Below are positions 1 through 11,006 of a DNA stretch of 27,097 bases, piece by piece. Within the stretch, counting starts at the first letter, position 1. Every line of letters begins with the position of its first letter. The translations under genes and the position numbers were made by a program. Source of the stretch: Pseudomonadota bacterium (GTDB lineage Bacteria > Bdellovibrionota > FAC87 > UBA2466); assembly GCA_043767805.1 (NCBI GenBank), contig JAYUGC010000127.1:1-27097 (forward strand). Reading direction: 5' to 3'. Under the pieces are notes generated by a model. The model had not been told where the DNA came from. It saw nothing but the letters and a program-made list of their open reading frames with translations, and did not search any database.

Positions 1-1657
1 CGATGTCGACCGGGATGTTTTTCATCCGGTCGAGGAGCATGGCCATTTCCGGGCGAACGACGCCGTACTTGTCGAGAAGCGCTTTCGCTTTCGCGTAAGA
101 GCCTTCGGCCTGAAGCGTGAGGATTTCCCCCGTGAGCTTCGTAACCGCGGCTTTCGTCTTCGCCGGAACCACTTCGAACGTGCCGTCTTTACGGTGCGCG
201 AAGGCGCCTTCATCCCAGAGATAGTTGAACTGGAGCGCGATGCCTTTGCCGTGCGCTTCCCCGATGCCGAACCGCACGGTGCGGAAGGAGCTCGAGAGGA
301 AGGTGGTATACATGGTCTTCTCTAGCGAGCGATCGAGCACGCCCTTGTCGACCAGATACTGCAACGCAAAGAGGCCCGTGATGTCGGCCTTCGCTTCTTC
401 GATGGCCGAGTACAGCTCCTTCAGCTCCCCGCGAACGGTGGTCTTCTTGCCGTTCACTTCGATGTTGTGCGGCCCGATGCCGTGCGCGAGCTCGTGCATG
501 AGAATGTGCGTGAAGAACGGCTCGAACTGCACCTGAGGCTTGTCGGTCTTGGCGAGCGCCACGTCCGTGATGGGCGTGAGGATGCGGTTGAATTTCGATT
601 CCTGCACGTTGTGGAGCATCACCCGCTTGGATCCTTTTTCCTGAACGACTTTTTCATCGTTGGGAAGATTGAAGGCGGCGGTCGCGACTCCGCGGCGCGC
701 TTCACCCGAGGCGAAAACCTGATCGACGACCCGAATCGGAGCCATGGCGCCGAGCTTCGGATTCTTGTACTTCGCGTCCATCGGAAGGTGGTCTTCGATG
801 TCTTGAAGCTCGGAGCTGAACTTCGTGAGCTTATTGGTCTCGGCTTCGTTACGAACCGTGATGAAAGCTTCGAACGCCGCTTTGTAGCCGAAAAGCTCGT
901 CTTCGTAGGTCTCGTAAGGCCCAATGGTTATTTCGAGGGCCGCGTCGAGATCCATCCAGGCGACGTCACTCTCATAGTAATCGTCTTTGCCGAACGCTTC
1001 CGCGCGGGTGTTCAGGAAATTACGAAGCGTAGCGTTCTTAGTGAGCTGCGCGGCTTCCTTCAAAGCCTTCGCCGCCGGAGCCAAGTAAGGCTGATACGCC
1101 TGAGAGTAAGGAATCATCTCGAGCTTCTTGCCGGAGGTGCGCCGAATGACGGTGAAGAAACCGACCGCGCTCGCTTTGTCCTTTTCGGGAAGGGCCGCAG
1201 TCCAGTTTTGAAATTCTTCCTTCGTCATGTCCTCGGGGTAGTAACCCGCGCCCTGAGCCTTATGAGCCGGCGCGCCCGGAACGAAGGGTAGGGACTCTTC
1301 GAGGCGGAGCCAAGGGCCGACGTTTTGCCGGAAGAGATGGGCGCGAGCTTTGCCGAGCGGATTGGTCTCATTCGCGAGCTGTTTTTCCAAAGCGGGATTA
1401 CCCGCCCAAGCCTGGCGCAGAAAGATCGGGTCCATGTACTTGGCCGCTTCGATGATTTTCGCGAGCGCTTGCTGCTCGGACTGAGGGAGCACCGACAAAT
1501 CCGCCGTCAAAGTAACGGGGGTAAGCTGAGCCGCCGATTTTTGCAGCTCGCTCGCTGTCCATTTCAGCGGGGGAGTTTTCACTGTCACTGGTTTAGCCGT
1601 CACGCCGTTTGCCGCCAAGGTAAGGGAAATTAGAAATAGCTGGAACCACGCCTTCAT
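1..1657 (-). CDS. Exported dipeptidyl peptidase III-like zinc peptidase (family M49, HEXXH type); stop codon lies beyond the window edge
   Basis: Not in the ORF track; segments translated by hand. ATG at 1657 follows AGGAG; N-terminus MKAWFQLFLISLTLAANGVTAKP looks like a signal peptide. Contains FFTHILMHELAHGIGPHNI and YSAIEEAKADI, and ends ...IPVDI at the window edge in the same frame as the start. Confidence 0.9.
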   Translation of the reverse strand, partial: MKAWFQLFLISLTLAANGVTAKPVTVKTPPLKWTASELQKSAAQLTPVTLTADLSVLPQSEQQALAKIIEAAKYMDPIFLRQAWAGNPALEKQLANETNPLGKARAHLFRQNVGPWLRLEESLPFVPGAPAHKAQGAGYYPEDMTKEEFQNWTAALPEKDKASAVGFFTVIRRTSGKKLEMIPYSQAYQPYLAPAAKALKEAAQLTKNATLRNFLNTRAEAFGKDDYYESDVAWMDLDAALEITIGPYETYEDELFGYKAAFEAFITVRNEAETNKLTKFSSELQDIEDHLPMDAKYKNPKLGAMAPIRVVDQVFASGEARRGVATAAFNLPNDEKVVQEKGSKRVMLHNVQESKFNRILTPITDVALAKTDKPQVQFEPFFTHILMHELAHGIGPHNIEVNGKKTTVRGELKELYSAIEEAKADITGLFALQYLVDKGVLDRSLEKTMYTTFLSSSFRTVRFGIGEAHGKGIALQFNYLWDEGAFAHRKDGTFEVVPAKTKAAVTKLTGEILTLQAEGSYAKAKALLDKYGVVRPEMAMLLDRMKNIPVDI

Positions 1658-1748
1658 TACTTGTCGCTCCTCAGGTTTAGAGGAAAAGACGTAGCATGGC
1701 GCGAGCCCAAATTCCAGGACGGCGGCAACGCTTGGCGACGTAGAGAGC

Positions 1749-1943
1749 TTAGGCTTTCTTAGGAACCAGATCGCGAACGGCGTACGCTTCGAGGCGGCGG
1801 TTCAAGATTTCGATTTCACCTTGAATCTTACGCATTTCAGAAGGAGGAGCAGAACGGCGAATGGCTTCTTGAAGCTTGGACTGAAGCTCGCGGCGTTTTT
1901 CTAGGTCGGCTCTTTCGTCTTTAGAGGTAGGGTCGAAAGTCAT
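1749..1943 (-). CDS. Small charged helical hypothetical protein (64 aa)
   Basis: ORF fills the gap and has a coiled-coil-like composition. An extended -10 (TGaTATAGT) lies 6 nt before the ATG. Confidence 0.65.
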   Translation of the reverse strand: MTFDPTSKDERADLEKRRELQSKLQEAIRRSAPPSEMRKIQGEIEILNRRLEAYAVRDLVPKKA

Positions 1944-2044
1944 AGTTTAACTATATCAGAGGGGAAGCCGTCTCCGCGCTCACTTTTTGAGCAAGCTCAT
2001 CCAACCTGTCCGTGCACGGGGCGTTGAAGCTCGCTCACAGACGG

Positions 2045-2306
2045 ATGAAAGCTTCGTTTCTGACCCTCTGCGCCATCTTTCTCTTCGCTGCCTCAGCCTC
2101 TGCCTTGGATGAGTCGGTCCCGAGAGGCCGCCGACGCTCTACTTGCGATGTTAGCAAGCTCCAACAAGGACGCGCGGTTGAAAGGACTGGAGGGTTTTCA
2201 GGACCATTATTATCATCCATGTTCCTATGCTAGCCGACGATGGCAGCCCCAATCTCTGGTTCGAGGCGAGCCCTCGATGTGCCGAGCGATCGCGGCGATT
2301 TCGTGA
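2045..2306 (+). pseudogene. Possible decayed exported protein
   Basis: Good signal peptide MKASFLTLCAIFLFAASASA. Protein-like sequence then continues in other frames (EAADALLAMLASSNKDARLKGLEGF; VPMLADDGSPNLWFEA), suggesting frameshifts. Confidence 0.35.
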
Positions 2307-2382
2307 TAAGGGATGCCCGTGGCGAAAGTAGACGTTTTACAACCTAAAACGTGGGTGCCCTATGAGCCCTCGATGTGCCGAG
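2268..2382 (+). repeat. Exact 19-bp direct repeat GAGCCCTCGATGTGCCGAG
   Basis: Copies at 2268-2286 and 2364-2382. Confidence 0.9.
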
Positions 2383-2699
2383 GCTGCTGGGCCGCGTGCT
2401 GTACTTTGCCTGTAGTGGTGAACTCGGAAGATCTGTTTCACATGGGTTTTCTCACGCTCTATGAAGTGAACGGCCCACTCAAGCGCATCGCCAACCGCTT
2501 GAAGCGGGAAGGTATCATTCGCTCTTACCGAGAGCGCTCCCGCACCTTCATCTTGCAGCGTACCAAAGCGGATGACTGCATCTTTCTCGACGAGAAAAGA
2601 CGCTGCAAGATTTACGAGCGCCGACCTTTTGTCTGCCGTAAGTTTCCCGAAAATGCGGCCCGTCCTGGACACTGTCCTTCCTTGAGGAAAAAGGCCTAA
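2313..2699 (+). CDS. YkgJ-family (CxxCxxCC) cysteine-cluster protein
   Basis: MCRGCWAACC, CIFLD, CKIYERRPFVCRKFP motifs. Confidence 0.9.
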   Translation: MPVAKVDVLQPKTWVPYEPSMCRGCWAACCTLPVVVNSEDLFHMGFLTLYEVNGPLKRIANRLKREGIIRSYRERSRTFILQRTKADDCIFLDEKRRCKIYERRPFVCRKFPENAARPGHCPSLRKKA

Positions 2700-2785
2700 T
2701 GACCGCTTGGCTGCTTTCCGGAAAAGCCTTTCCCATTGCCGCGGCCGGTTCGCCCCCTGAAAAGATTCTGGCCTCTTCGGATGAT

Positions 2786-2802
2786 TTGGCACGGCGCCTG
2801 CA
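2786..2802 (+). promoter_or_regulatory. Sigma-54 (-24/-12) promoter candidate
   Basis: TTGGCACGGCGCCTGCA; GG at 2788-89, 10 nt, GC at 2800-01; just upstream of the ATG at 2829. Confidence 0.7.
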
Positions 2803-2828
2803 ACTTTCGGCGCCCGAGGTGCCAACGT

Positions 2829-3533
2829 ATGTTCCAGAGAGAAGCCGTATTGATTCCAGTGGGGCACGTAGCGCTGGAGGGCGATCTAGCCGTGCCCGAT
2901 TCCGCACGAGGGCTAGTGCTCTTTGCTCACGGTAGCGGGAGTAACCGTAAGAGCTCGCGTAATATTTCCATTGCCACCAGGCTGAACCAGGGAGGCTTTG
3001 CCACACTTCTGTTCGATCTGCTGACACCGGTAGAGGCGAAAATAGACGCGGCGACGAAAGAGTTCCGCTTCGACATTCCCTTTCTTGCTTTGAGGCTCAG
3101 CGGCGCGACGGACTGGATCGCTCAAGTCCCCCAGCTAAGCGATCTGCCCCTCGGCTATTTCGGGGCGAGCTCGGGCGCGGCGGCGGCCATGGTGGCGGCG
3201 GCGGAATTTCCCCGTTCGGTGCAAGCCGTGGTCTCTCGCGGTGGAAGGCCCGACCTCGCCGAGGATTGTCTGGAACTCGTTCGTTGCCCGACTCTGCTCC
3301 TCGTCGGGTCCGCGGACACTCCGGTGCTTGCTCTTAACGAGACCGCGCTCGACCGCATCGCTTCCCAAGACAAAAAACTCGAAAAAATTGCGAACGCCGG
3401 GCACCTCTTCGAGGAGCCGGGTACGCTCGAGCAAGTAGCCGAGCGGGCAGTCGCTTGGTTCGATCAGTTCCTGCCTTACCAGCGTTTATCGCACCGGGAG
3501 TTTCGCGACCACCAAAGACGAGCGACGTCCTAG
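2829..3533 (+). CDS. Dienelactone hydrolase-like alpha/beta hydrolase
   Basis: LFAHGSGS, GYFGASSG nucleophile elbow, VVSRGGRPDLA, AGHLFEEPG. Start reassigned to ATG 2829 (GAGG upstream). Confidence 0.9.
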   Translation: MFQREAVLIPVGHVALEGDLAVPDSARGLVLFAHGSGSNRKSSRNISIATRLNQGGFATLLFDLLTPVEAKIDAATKEFRFDIPFLALRLSGATDWIAQVPQLSDLPLGYFGASSGAAAAMVAAAEFPRSVQAVVSRGGRPDLAEDCLELVRCPTLLLVGSADTPVLALNETALDRIASQDKKLEKIANAGHLFEEPGTLEQVAERAVAWFDQFLPYQRLSHREFRDHQRRATS

Positions 3534-3796
3534 GACGAGCGGCGGCTCGATTTCGACTGAGGCTGAATGGAGCAGCTTTCCGAAACGAGATCGTAGACGA
3601 TGACCGCTTCGCCTCGCTCGAGCTGGCGCTTGACCTGGGCGACTTTCGTCTCGAGCTTCACTTCTTGAGTCCCATAGTCCGTCCCATTTCGAAGAATGAA
3701 CGCCTCGATGACGCCGCCAAGGGTCTCCGGAGCGAGCTGGTCGAATGGAATCTCCACGCCTTCTTCCGCGATTTCGTTTTGCGGGATCTCATTCAT
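3530..3796 (-). CDS. yheU: YheU (UPF0270) family protein
   Basis: IPFDQLAPETL, FILRNGTDYG, KVAQVKRQLERGEAVIVYD. Confidence 0.85.
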   Translation of the reverse strand: MNEIPQNEIAEEGVEIPFDQLAPETLGGVIEAFILRNGTDYGTQEVKLETKVAQVKRQLERGEAVIVYDLVSESCSIQPQSKSSRRSS

Positions 3797-3801
3797 AAAA
3801 C

Positions 3802-3894
3802 TCAGTCACCTATCTTTTTTTTCAATGTGAACCAGAAGCACGCGCCTTCGCCGGGATGGGACTCTACTCCTATTTGGCCGCCATGCAATTCCAA
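3802..3894 (-). pseudogene. C-terminal remnant of a sensor histidine kinase ATPase domain
   Basis: Reads LELHGGQIGVESHPGEGACFWFTLKKKIGD-stop; in-frame TAG upstream at 3913-3915 and no G1/G2 boxes seen. Confidence 0.75.
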
Positions 3895-4134
3895 GGATAG
3901 GCAGGATAAACGCTAGATTTGTCGGCGGCTCTGAACGTCGTAATCGACGTTATGTGAATGGATAGGCCACTTCAGCCCGGTTTCGCCGCTTTCGAGCACG
4001 ACTATTTCCGACGCAACGCCATCCTTATCTCGGACGCCCAAGCGCGTCGGCTGATGCCTCAGTAGGCAGGTGTGGCCGCCGGAAAACCGGCGGCCGTTCG
4101 CTTTGGGACGAACGAGCGCCAACGCCGAAAGAAT

Positions 4135-5289
4135 CTATTTTGCGTGTTTGGGCAGAAGGCGACCCACGCTGAAGAGCGCGAGCCCGGCAAGGCAGAGGCC
4201 CGGAAGGCTTGCTTCCGCCATCCGCTGCCAAAGCTCAGCCGGCCACAGGGCTTTGGGAATGACAGCGTAAAGGCCGGCAAAAAACCACATCGGCCAAGGG
4301 ATTGAGTCTTCCGCGGCTCGGTAGACGAGTGGAAAAAGAAAGAGAGCCGTCAAAGCCCAGCTGAAGGGACCGCCTAGAAAAAAAGCCGAGCACAAGAGCG
4401 GAAACGCGACACGATTTTCGTCGGCTCCTCGTCTGACGAAGACCCAAGCCAGAACGAAAAGGCTCCCCTGAATCAGCAAAGCGAACGTGCTCGCCAGCGA
4501 GAAGGCCGATGAAGGAGACATATGAAACACCCCGTTTACAAAGCGGTAGAGCACCGCCGGCGGTGACTGATAAGACACTAAGCCCGGTCCGGCGGCGAAC
4601 GGATACAGGCTCAAGGCGTGAGACCATCCTTTCCACCAAAGACCGAATGTCCCGAACGGCAGCAGAAGCCAGGAGAGGAGAACGAGAAAGGCAACACCCA
4701 GTGCTATCCACCCGGCCTTGCGCGGTCGATTGGTCAGCGCGAACCAGGCGAGAAACATCGCCGGTTGGACCTTGATAAGAATCGCGAGTCCGAAGCAAAT
4801 GCCTCCTGCCAGCTCATAGCGGATTTCCTTGCGATGGATCAGATCCCATCCGGCCACGCAAAGTAGAAAGAGCGGCATGTTGATGTTGCCTGAGAGAAAA
4901 ACATCCGAAAGCGCGTGAGCGAATACCAGCACGAAAAAGAAGGCCTGCCGAAAATCGAGCCCGCGCTCCACGGTCCGCCGAGCGATGTAGTAGAGACTCG
5001 CGACGTTTCCTAAAGCCCAAATCAACTTGGCGGCTAGGAGCGGAAGAAAGGTTAAAGGCACAAGGCCGAGAACGACGACAGGAGACTGGAAAAAGTCACC
5101 CCAGTTGCCTTTGTCGACGGGGTAAGGAGAGTGGGAAAACTGCCCTGCCACCGCTTCCGCGGTGCGCCGGTAATAGTCGGAGAAATCCACTGACCGCAGA
5201 AATTGGAAAAAGCAGACGAAGACTACGAGTCCAATCAACCCCTTCGCGGCTCGGGAACTTCTCTCAAAGCCCGTTTCTGGACAAAGCAT
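4135..5289 (-). CDS. GT-C fold membrane glycosyltransferase (GT87/DUF2029-like)
   Basis: Multiple TM helices; VDFSDYY, FFQSP, GNIN, AILIKVQP, YQSP motifs. Start placed at ATG 5289 to avoid overlap with the divergent gene; start is uncertain. Confidence 0.75.
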   Translation of the reverse strand: MLCPETGFERSSRAAKGLIGLVVFVCFFQFLRSVDFSDYYRRTAEAVAGQFSHSPYPVDKGNWGDFFQSPVVVLGLVPLTFLPLLAAKLIWALGNVASLYYIARRTVERGLDFRQAFFFVLVFAHALSDVFLSGNINMPLFLLCVAGWDLIHRKEIRYELAGGICFGLAILIKVQPAMFLAWFALTNRPRKAGWIALGVAFLVLLSWLLLPFGTFGLWWKGWSHALSLYPFAAGPGLVSYQSPPAVLYRFVNGVFHMSPSSAFSLASTFALLIQGSLFVLAWVFVRRGADENRVAFPLLCSAFFLGGPFSWALTALFLFPLVYRAAEDSIPWPMWFFAGLYAVIPKALWPAELWQRMAEASLPGLCLAGLALFSVGRLLPKHAK

Positions 5290-5314
5290 GGGCGATAACA
5301 TATGCCATTCGCAC

Positions 5315-6472
5315 ATGAGTGCCAGGGAAATTTGCGCGGTCGTACTATCCGTATGCTTCGCCTTCATCGGTTGTGAAGCGCTGGTGCGAAAGCTGGCTTC
5401 TCCGCCCCGTTACTTGCTTCTCTCTCAGATGGAGAGCGCGGCGTTACCCGCCTTGTCGAAGGCTTCGAACCCCGTCACTCAAGGGGGATCTAAAAGTTGG
5501 CTGTACCAAAGCACCCCCTCTGGCCGCAGGTTAAAGCCCAACGTCCGAGGTCTCATCCAAAGGCACTACCTAAATGGCCGGGACATCGAGATTCGGACCA
5601 ATTCGCTTGGATTGCGTGGCCCCGAAATCGACTGGAGCCGGCGGCCCCGCTTTCTGTTTCTCGGCGATTCCATCACCCATGGAGACTATTTGGACGAAAG
5701 GGAAACCTTCGTGGCTCTCGTTCGCGATCTCGCCGAAAGATCGGGCAAGTCTTGGGAGACGCTGAATGCCGGTATTGGTTCGATTGGTATAGGCACCGAA
5801 CATGCGATTTTGCGCGAACTAGGCCCGCTGATCAAGCCCGACATGGTCGTGCTCGGACTCTATCTAAACGACTTGGTTTCCTCCCCCGCGGTTGAACTGG
5901 TTCAGCTGCCTCCGCTGCTGAAACATAGCTGGATTGCGCAATACGCGTATCAGGCTTATTCCACCGGCAGGTTTCTTTTGTCCGAAAAGAACGCCATCAC
6001 GGTTCGTCCGGGCGAATGGGACGCGTGGAAGCAGCAAACCGCGGCGCAATTTCCGGCCGGCTCCGGGGACTACCGAGACAGCCGACCCGCTTTCAACCAA
6101 CTCATTCAAGACAGCTTTCGGGACTGGGGTTCTGCGTGGAGCGAGAGCGCCCGGGGACGAATCCTCGAGGAGGTGGCCTCCATCGAAGCCGATTGCCGCA
6201 AGTTGGGCGCCAAATTGGTGGTAGCTCTCTTGCCCATTCGCCAACAGACGGAAACGAGTTTCGACTCGGACGAGCCGCAGAGGGCGCTGATTGCGGAACT
6301 TCAAAAGCGGGGGACCATGACTCTCGATATACTGCCCAAGTTGAGAGCGGCCTACCGTCAGGCGCCTGGTGAGCCTCTCTTTTACGATCAGTGTCATCAC
6401 ACGCCGAAGGGGAGCCAGCTGGTCGCGAAGTCGCTTTTTTCGTTTTTGGATGCCGCGGCTTCAAGTCACTGA
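5315..6472 (+). CDS. Membrane-anchored SGNH/GDSL hydrolase
   Basis: N-terminal TM; TNSLGLRG; blocks LGDSITHG, NAGIGS, LYLND and DQCHHTPKG. Confidence 0.85.
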   Translation: MSAREICAVVLSVCFAFIGCEALVRKLASPPRYLLLSQMESAALPALSKASNPVTQGGSKSWLYQSTPSGRRLKPNVRGLIQRHYLNGRDIEIRTNSLGLRGPEIDWSRRPRFLFLGDSITHGDYLDERETFVALVRDLAERSGKSWETLNAGIGSIGIGTEHAILRELGPLIKPDMVVLGLYLNDLVSSPAVELVQLPPLLKHSWIAQYAYQAYSTGRFLLSEKNAITVRPGEWDAWKQQTAAQFPAGSGDYRDSRPAFNQLIQDSFRDWGSAWSESARGRILEEVASIEADCRKLGAKLVVALLPIRQQTETSFDSDEPQRALIAELQKRGTMTLDILPKLRAAYRQAPGEPLFYDQCHHTPKGSQLVAKSLFSFLDAAASSH

Positions 6473-6569
6473 GGGCTTTCTAGAAGCCGAACAGCTGTCG
6501 TCTAAAAGGGCTTTTTTTCGGTCGAGACGACTTGTGTTTCAGGATGCTGAGCGGTTCTTTCATAGCATA

Positions 6570-6752
6570 ACCCTGACGAGCTATCCCACCATCAAGGACG
6601 ACATCCAAAACGCGGGCGGAGAATGGGTCGACCAGGAAGTCGTGCAGAGCGGTAACTTGATAACGAGCCGCAGCTCCAAAGATCTACGGGCCTACAACCA
6701 AAAAATGATCGAGCTCTTCGCACGCCTGTGCCGCGCCCGCAAAGCCGCTTAG
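6570..6752 (+). pseudogene. C-terminal remnant of a PfpI/YhbO (DJ-1 superfamily) protein
   Basis: TLTSYPTIKDDIQNAGGEWVDQEVVQSGNLITSR...YNQKMIELF; the catalytic AICHG region and N-terminus are not seen upstream. Confidence 0.8.
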
Positions 6753-6786
6753 CTCTCTTAAGAGCTACTTAGTACCTTTTAAGAGA

Positions 6787-8355
6787 CTAGGTTCCCGTCG
6801 CGGCGGTTTTTAGGGCGAGGCGAAGCGTTGCCTTGGCCCAGTTGAGCGGCGTTATGGGGCTGGGAGCAAAGAAGCGATCGCCCTTATCGACTACCGTATT
6901 GTAAGACTCAGGCAAGGCAAGTCCGGGGACTGGTCTTCCATCCGCGCCGAGGCGACTCTCTCCGGTGAGCTGTCCGAGCGCCCGGTTCAGAAACTCAATC
7001 TGGCTACGACGATACTCAGACTTTTTCGTCGTTTCGTAGACGGAGCCCAGCGCTATCGACATCCAGGAATCGAAAAACCACTGGGCTTCGGTCCCTTCGA
7101 GAAATTGCTTACCCCGGGCGGCGAACTTGGACGCCGAGCTGGAGTCATCGGTCTTTTCGGCGAGAGTTTGCTTCTCCTCGGGGAACCAGAAGTTTCCCGA
7201 CTGATAGGAATCGCCGATATAGCGTTTGATGCCCACTTCCCCGACGAGAGGCCGTACGAGCTTCAAGACTTGCTCCTGCCGATCCGAGGTCAACCGGGAC
7301 AGGCGAGCCGGATAGATTAAATTCAGGAGGGCGGCGTCTGATTTGCGGTAACGGGGAGAGTCCACCGCATACAGAGGAGACTCGCCACCAGCATCGAGCT
7401 GCTTGAAGAGACGTTCGTACCCTTGGTCGACGAGCTTATCGATTTCTTTTTCAGAGAGAAGCCCGCGCTTTTTGAGTGCTTTGTAGAAGGCTTGAGTCTC
7501 AGGCGCCTTGTCTTTGGCGAGAATCTGCAACCGCTCGAGTCCGGAAATGACCAGACCCATCGACGAGCTATTGGTTCGCTCGATCTCTTCCCAGCTTCCC
7601 GCATCCTCCATTTCAAAGTACTTCACCGCTTTGAAATAGGTGGGAAGCCGCGCCAGGGCTTCTAAGCGAGCCGGCGTCCAAGTCTTTTTGTCGAATCGTC
7701 CTGTCTCGGTCACGGCGCGCACGGTGAGATCGAGCCAGAGCCCTAGGGCGTCATTCTGCTTGTGGTTCCAAGGTTGATCGGACTTTCCCACCTGAACGTC
7801 GCCGAAGCGCTTCGAGTTGCCGTCGAACCGGATGTGAGGCACGTTCATCGCGCCTTTAGTCCCTTGCAAAAGTGAGGGCCGGGCCGTGACCAAGCGCCGC
7901 CGCTCCAGCTGACGGGGGCTCGCGAAGTAATCCCAAAGCGTGGTGATGACTCGGATGGCATCGTTCTCGGTCTCGACGCTGGAGGCGAGAGCGAGGTACG
8001 CCCACAGGCTATCTCGGACCCAAATCGCGTCGTAGTTGGTCGGATCTTTCTCGCTCTCGGTCACGCGCTCGGCCGCCGGCACGACACCGCGATCGGTTAC
8101 CGAAATGCGTAGCGGAGTCGCGAGCCATTGCTTCCACATCTCGAGCTGGGCGGCGTCGTACGAGGCCTGAATCTTCTTGGCGACCGCCGGATGATTCACC
8201 ACGACGGTGTAGGCCGTCTCGTCTTGCCCGACTTTGACCGGCTCGGACAGCGCGGTCTCGCGCAAATGCGTGAGCAGCTCGTGTCTAGCGACTCCCGGGT
8301 TGTCAGTCGGATTGGTCGCGAGCGCGAGGCTCATAAAGCAAAAGAGGAATTTCAA
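6787..8355 (-). CDS. Glycoside hydrolase family 15 / phosphorylase-kinase-alpha/beta-like protein with a hydrophobic N-terminus
   Basis: NYDAIWVRDS, WNHKQNDALG, DAGSWEE, DAALL, GIKRY, LPESY, PLNWA motifs; TTG start 1 nt after the tex stop. Confidence 0.75.
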   Translation of the reverse strand: MKFLFCFMSLALATNPTDNPGVARHELLTHLRETALSEPVKVGQDETAYTVVVNHPAVAKKIQASYDAAQLEMWKQWLATPLRISVTDRGVVPAAERVTESEKDPTNYDAIWVRDSLWAYLALASSVETENDAIRVITTLWDYFASPRQLERRRLVTARPSLLQGTKGAMNVPHIRFDGNSKRFGDVQVGKSDQPWNHKQNDALGLWLDLTVRAVTETGRFDKKTWTPARLEALARLPTYFKAVKYFEMEDAGSWEEIERTNSSSMGLVISGLERLQILAKDKAPETQAFYKALKKRGLLSEKEIDKLVDQGYERLFKQLDAGGESPLYAVDSPRYRKSDAALLNLIYPARLSRLTSDRQEQVLKLVRPLVGEVGIKRYIGDSYQSGNFWFPEEKQTLAEKTDDSSSASKFAARGKQFLEGTEAQWFFDSWMSIALGSVYETTKKSEYRRSQIEFLNRALGQLTGESRLGADGRPVPGLALPESYNTVVDKGDRFFAPSPITPLNWAKATLRLALKTAATGT

Positions 8356-8356
8356 T

Positions 8357-10837
<2,481 letters not shown>

Positions 10838-11006
10838 TGAATAAAAGGAGGGGTATTTAAGGTTAGTTGGCCTCGTATGGCGCAGCAGATTAAATAATCC
10901 GCGCCGGGGCCGCTGGCAAATCTTTGTGCATCAATCTCCGGGGGCCTGCCAAACTCCCATCGAGACCGTTGCCGAAAGTCGAAAAGCCGGTCTATTCTCC
11001 TCCCTT

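Noticed and set aside
467..1291. 274-aa plus-strand ORF and neighbours (225-536, 1325-1633)
   Set aside because: Antisense shadows of the M49 gene; no motifs.
3934..3951. AACGTCG-taat-CGACGTT inverted repeat
   Set aside because: Only 7-bp arms, and no clear U tract or promoter context to assign a role.
3913..4305. Several 66-77-aa ORFs between the kinase remnant and the GT87-like gene
   Set aside because: Arg/Pro-rich, mutually overlapping, with no RBS or motif support.
6369..6569. 5' part of the 127-aa ORF as an intact PfpI gene
   Set aside because: Overlaps the SGNH gene and lacks PfpI features; only 6570-6752 resembles the family.
10845..10851. Perfect AAGGAGG on the plus strand
   Set aside because: No suitably spaced start codon or ORF follows.
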